Origin: Schmidtea polychroa
Taxonomy: Eukaryota
Assembly (NCBI GenBank): GCA_044892525.1
Contig: CM097885.1
Location: 3,226,001-3,290,000 of the forward strand
Length of the DNA: 64,000 bases
Direction of reading: 5' to 3'
The position numbers were made by a program, and so were the translations under genes. The notes beneath the pieces are model-generated. The model saw only the letters and a list, made by a program, of their open reading frames with translations, had not been told where the DNA came from and ran no database searches. Positions 60,401 to 64,000 of this stretch are shown here, piece by piece. How positions within the stretch are numbered: the stretch's first letter is position 1; each line of letters opens with the position of its first letter.

Positions 60401-63400
60401 AGAGATATAGAGATATAGATAGAGATAGAGAGATAGAGATAGGGAGATATAGAGATAGAGATATAGAGATAGAGATATAGATATAGAGAGATAGGGAGAT
60501 AGAGATAGGGAGATAGAGATAGGGAGATATAGAGATAGAGAGATAGAGATAGGGAGATAGAGATAGGGAGATAGAGATAGGGAGATAGAGATAGGGAGAT
60601 AGAGATAGGGAGATAGAGATAGGGAGATATAGAGATAGGGAGATATAGAGATAGGGAGATATAGAGATAGGGAGATATAGAGATAGGGAGATATAGAGAT
60701 AGGGAGATATAGAGATAGGGAGATAGAGATAGAGATATAGATATAGAGAGATAGGGAGATAGAGATAGGGAGAAAGAGATAGGGAGATAGAGATAGGGAG
60801 ATAGAGATAGGGAGATATAGAGATAGGGAGATATAGAGATAGGGAGATATAGAGATAGGGAGATATAGAGATAGGGAGATATAGAGATAGGGAGATATAG
60901 AGATAGAGATAGGGAGATATAGAGATAGGGAGATATAGAGATAGGGAGATATAGAGATATAGATATAGATATAGACAGATAGAGATATAGATATAGAGAG
61001 ATAGAGATAGGGAGATAGAGATAGGGAGATAGAGATAGGGAGATATAGAGATAGGGAGATATAGAGATAGGGAGATATAGAGATAGGGAGATATAGAGAT
61101 AGGGAGATATAGAGATAGGGAGATATAAAGATAGGGAGATATAGAGATAGAGATATAGATATAGAGATAGGGAGATATAGAGATAGGGAGATATAGAGAT
61201 AGGGAGATATAGAGAGAGATAGAGATATAGATATAGAGAGATAGGGAGATAGAGATAGGGAGATAGAGATATAGAGAGATAGAGATAGGGAGATAGAGAT
61301 AGGGAGATATAGAGATAGGGAGATATAGAGATAGGGAGATATAGAGATAGGGAGATATAGAGATAGAGATATAGAGATAGAGATAGATATAGAGATAGAG
61401 ATAGAGATAGAGATATAGATATAGAGATAGGGAGATATAAAGATAGGGAGATATAGAGATAGAGATATAGATATAGAGATAGGGAGATATAGAGATAGGG
61501 AGATATAGAGATAGGGAGATATAGAGAGAGATAGAGATATAGATATAGAGAGATAGGGAGATAGAGATAGGGAGATAGAGATATAGAGAGATAGAGATAG
61601 GGAGATAGATATAGGGAGATATAGAGATAGGGAGATATAGAGATAGGGAGATATAGAGATAGGGAGATATTGAGATAGGGAGATATAGAGATAGGGAGAT
61701 ATAGAGATAGGGAGATATAGAGATAGGGAGATATAGAGATAGGGAGATATAGAGATAGGGAGATAGAGATAGAGATATAGATATAGAGATAGGGAGATAG
61801 AGATAGGGAGATAGAGATAGGGAGATAGAGATAGGGAGATATAGAGAGAGATAGAGATATAGATATAGAGAGATAGGGAGATAGAGATAGAGATATAGAT
61901 ATAGAGAGATAGGGAGATAGAGATAGGGAGATAGAGATAGGGAGATATAGAGATAGGGAGATATAGAGATAGGGAGATAGAGATAGAGATATAGATATAG
62001 AGATAGGGAGATATAGAGATAGGGAGATATAGAGATAGGGAGATATAGAGATAGGGAGATATAGAGATAGGGAGATATAGAGATAGGGAGATATAAAGAT
62101 AGGGAGATATAGAGATAGAGATATAGATATAGAGATAGGGAGATATAGAGATAGAGATATAGATATAGATATAGAGAGATAGAGATAGGGAGATAGAGAT
62201 AGGGAGATATAGAGATAGGGAGATATAGAGATAGGGAGATATAGAGATAGGGAGATATAGAGATAGGGAGATATAAAGATAGGGAGATATAGAGATAGAG
62301 ATATAGATATAGAGATAGGGAGATATAGAGATAGGGAGATATAGAGATAGGGAGATATAGATAGAGATATAGATATAGAGAGATAGGGAGATAGAGATAG
62401 GGAGAGATAGAGATAGGGAGATATAGAGATAGGGAGATATAGAGATAGGGAGATATAGAGATAGGGAGATATAGAGATAGGGAGATATAGAGATAGGGAG
62501 ATATAGAGATAGAGATATAGATATAGAGATAGGGAGATATAGAGATAGAGATATAGATATAGATATAGAGAGATAGAGATATAGATATAGAGAGATAGAG
62601 ATAGGGAGATAGAGATAGGGAGATATAGAGATAGGGAGATATAGAGATAGGGAGATATAGAGATAGGGAGATATAGAGATAGGGAGATATAAAGATAGGG
62701 AGATATAGAGATAGAGATATAGATATAGAGATAGGGAGATATAGAGATAGGGAGATATAGAGATAGGGAGATATAGAGAGAGATAGAGATATAGATATAG
62801 AGAGATAGGGAGATAGAGATAGAGATATAGATATAGAGAGATAGGGAGATAGAGATAGGGAGATAGAGATAGGGAGATATAGAGATAGGGAGATAGAGAT
62901 AGGGAGATATAGAGATAGGGAGATAGAGATAGAGATATAGATATAGAGATAGGGAGATATAGAGATAGGGAGATATAGAGATAGGGAGATATAGAGATAG
63001 GGAGATATAGAGATAGGGAGATATAGAGATAGGGAGATATAGAGATAGGGAGATATAAAGATAAGGAGATATAGAGATAGAGATATAGATATAGAGATAG
63101 GGAGATATAGAGGTAGAGATATAGATATAGATATAGAGAGATAGAGATAGGGAGATAGAGATAGGGAGATATAGAGATAGGGAGATATAGAGATAGGGAG
63201 ATATAGAGATAGGGAGATATAGAGATAGGGAGATATAAAGATAGGGAGATATAGAGATAGAGATATAGATATAGAGATAGGGAGATATAGAGATAGGGAG
63301 ATATAAAGATAGGGAGATATAGAGATAGAGATATAGATATAGAGATAGGGAGATATAGAGATAGGGAGATATAGAGATAGGGAGATATAGAGATAGGGAG

Positions 63401-64000
63401 ATATAGAGAGAGATAGAGATATAGATATAGAGAGATAGGGAGATAGAGATAGGGAGATAGAGATAAAGAGAGATATAGAGATATAGAGAGAAATATAGAT
63501 AGAGAGATATAGATAGAGATATATAGAGATAGAGATAGAGATAGGGAGATATAGAGATAGAGATAGGGAGATAGAGATAGGGAGATAGAGATAGGGAGAT
63601 ATAGAGATAGAGATTGAGATAGAGATAGAGATATAGAGAGATAGAGATAGGGAGATATAGAGATAGAGATAGAGATATAGAGAGATAGAGATAGGGAGAT
63701 ATAGAGATAGAGATAGAGATATAGAGATAGAGATATAGAGATAGAGATATAGATATAGAGAGAGAGATATAGAGATAGAGATATAGAGAGAGAGAGAGAG
63801 AGAGAGAGATAGGGAGATAGAGATAGGGAGATAGAGATAGGGAGATATAGAGATAGGGAGATATAGAGATAGGGAGATATAGAGATAGGGAGATATAGAG
63901 ATAGGGAGATATAGAGATAGGGAGATATAGAGATAGGGAGATATAGAGATAGGGAGATATAGAGATAGGGAGATATAGAGATAGGGAGATAGGGAGATAG
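4733..64000. repeat. Purine-rich GATA/GAGA-type satellite, ~59.3 kb and continuing past the window edge, with higher-order duplications
   Basis: Built from GAGATA, GATATA and GGGAGATA words. Commonest units are 16-bp TATAGAGATAGGGAGA and 14-bp TAGAGATAGGGAGA. C is nearly absent from the + strand; about 15 embedded (AG)n tracts. Confidence 0.98.

Larger units (their letters stand above)
4379..64000 (-). other. Probable giant intron of the CEP290-like gene (>59.6 kb; donor outside the window)
   Basis: Acceptor at 4380-4379 precedes a mid-protein exon, and there is no unique or coding sequence from 4733 to 64000. Intron status is inferred. Confidence 0.7.

Noticed and set aside
4733..64000. Telomeric repeat (TAGGG words)
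   Set aside because: No TTAGGG-type short homogeneous unit; the mixed 14/16-mers with kb-scale duplications fit a satellite. A subtelomeric position cannot be judged from this window.

Overview
Eukaryotic genomic DNA. Bases 1-4378 hold seven minus-strand coding exons, about 753 codons joined in frame by canonical GT-AG introns, of a gene I recognise as CEP290 (ciliary transition-zone coiled-coil protein). Only the middle of the protein is present, and neither start nor stop lies in the window. One intron (1773-3429) is filled by about 79 copies of a 20-bp minisatellite. The other ~59.3 kb (4733-64000) is one uninterrupted GA/TA/GG satellite with 14- and 16-bp units such as TAGAGATAGGGAGA and TATAGAGATAGGGAGA and nested kb-scale duplications. 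It lies directly upstream of a splice acceptor, with the N-terminal exons missing, so it is most likely a giant (>59.6 kb) satellite intron in a gene whose ordinary introns are 57-183 bp. On the gene's sense strand the array is almost G-free, so it has almost no AG acceptors or stop codons, only rare weak GT sites and no AATAAA that I could see. This explains the 16,089-aa 'ORF', which is an artefact. I found no prokaryotic features, CRISPR arrays, RNA genes or transposon ORFs. The organism cannot be identified from this window.
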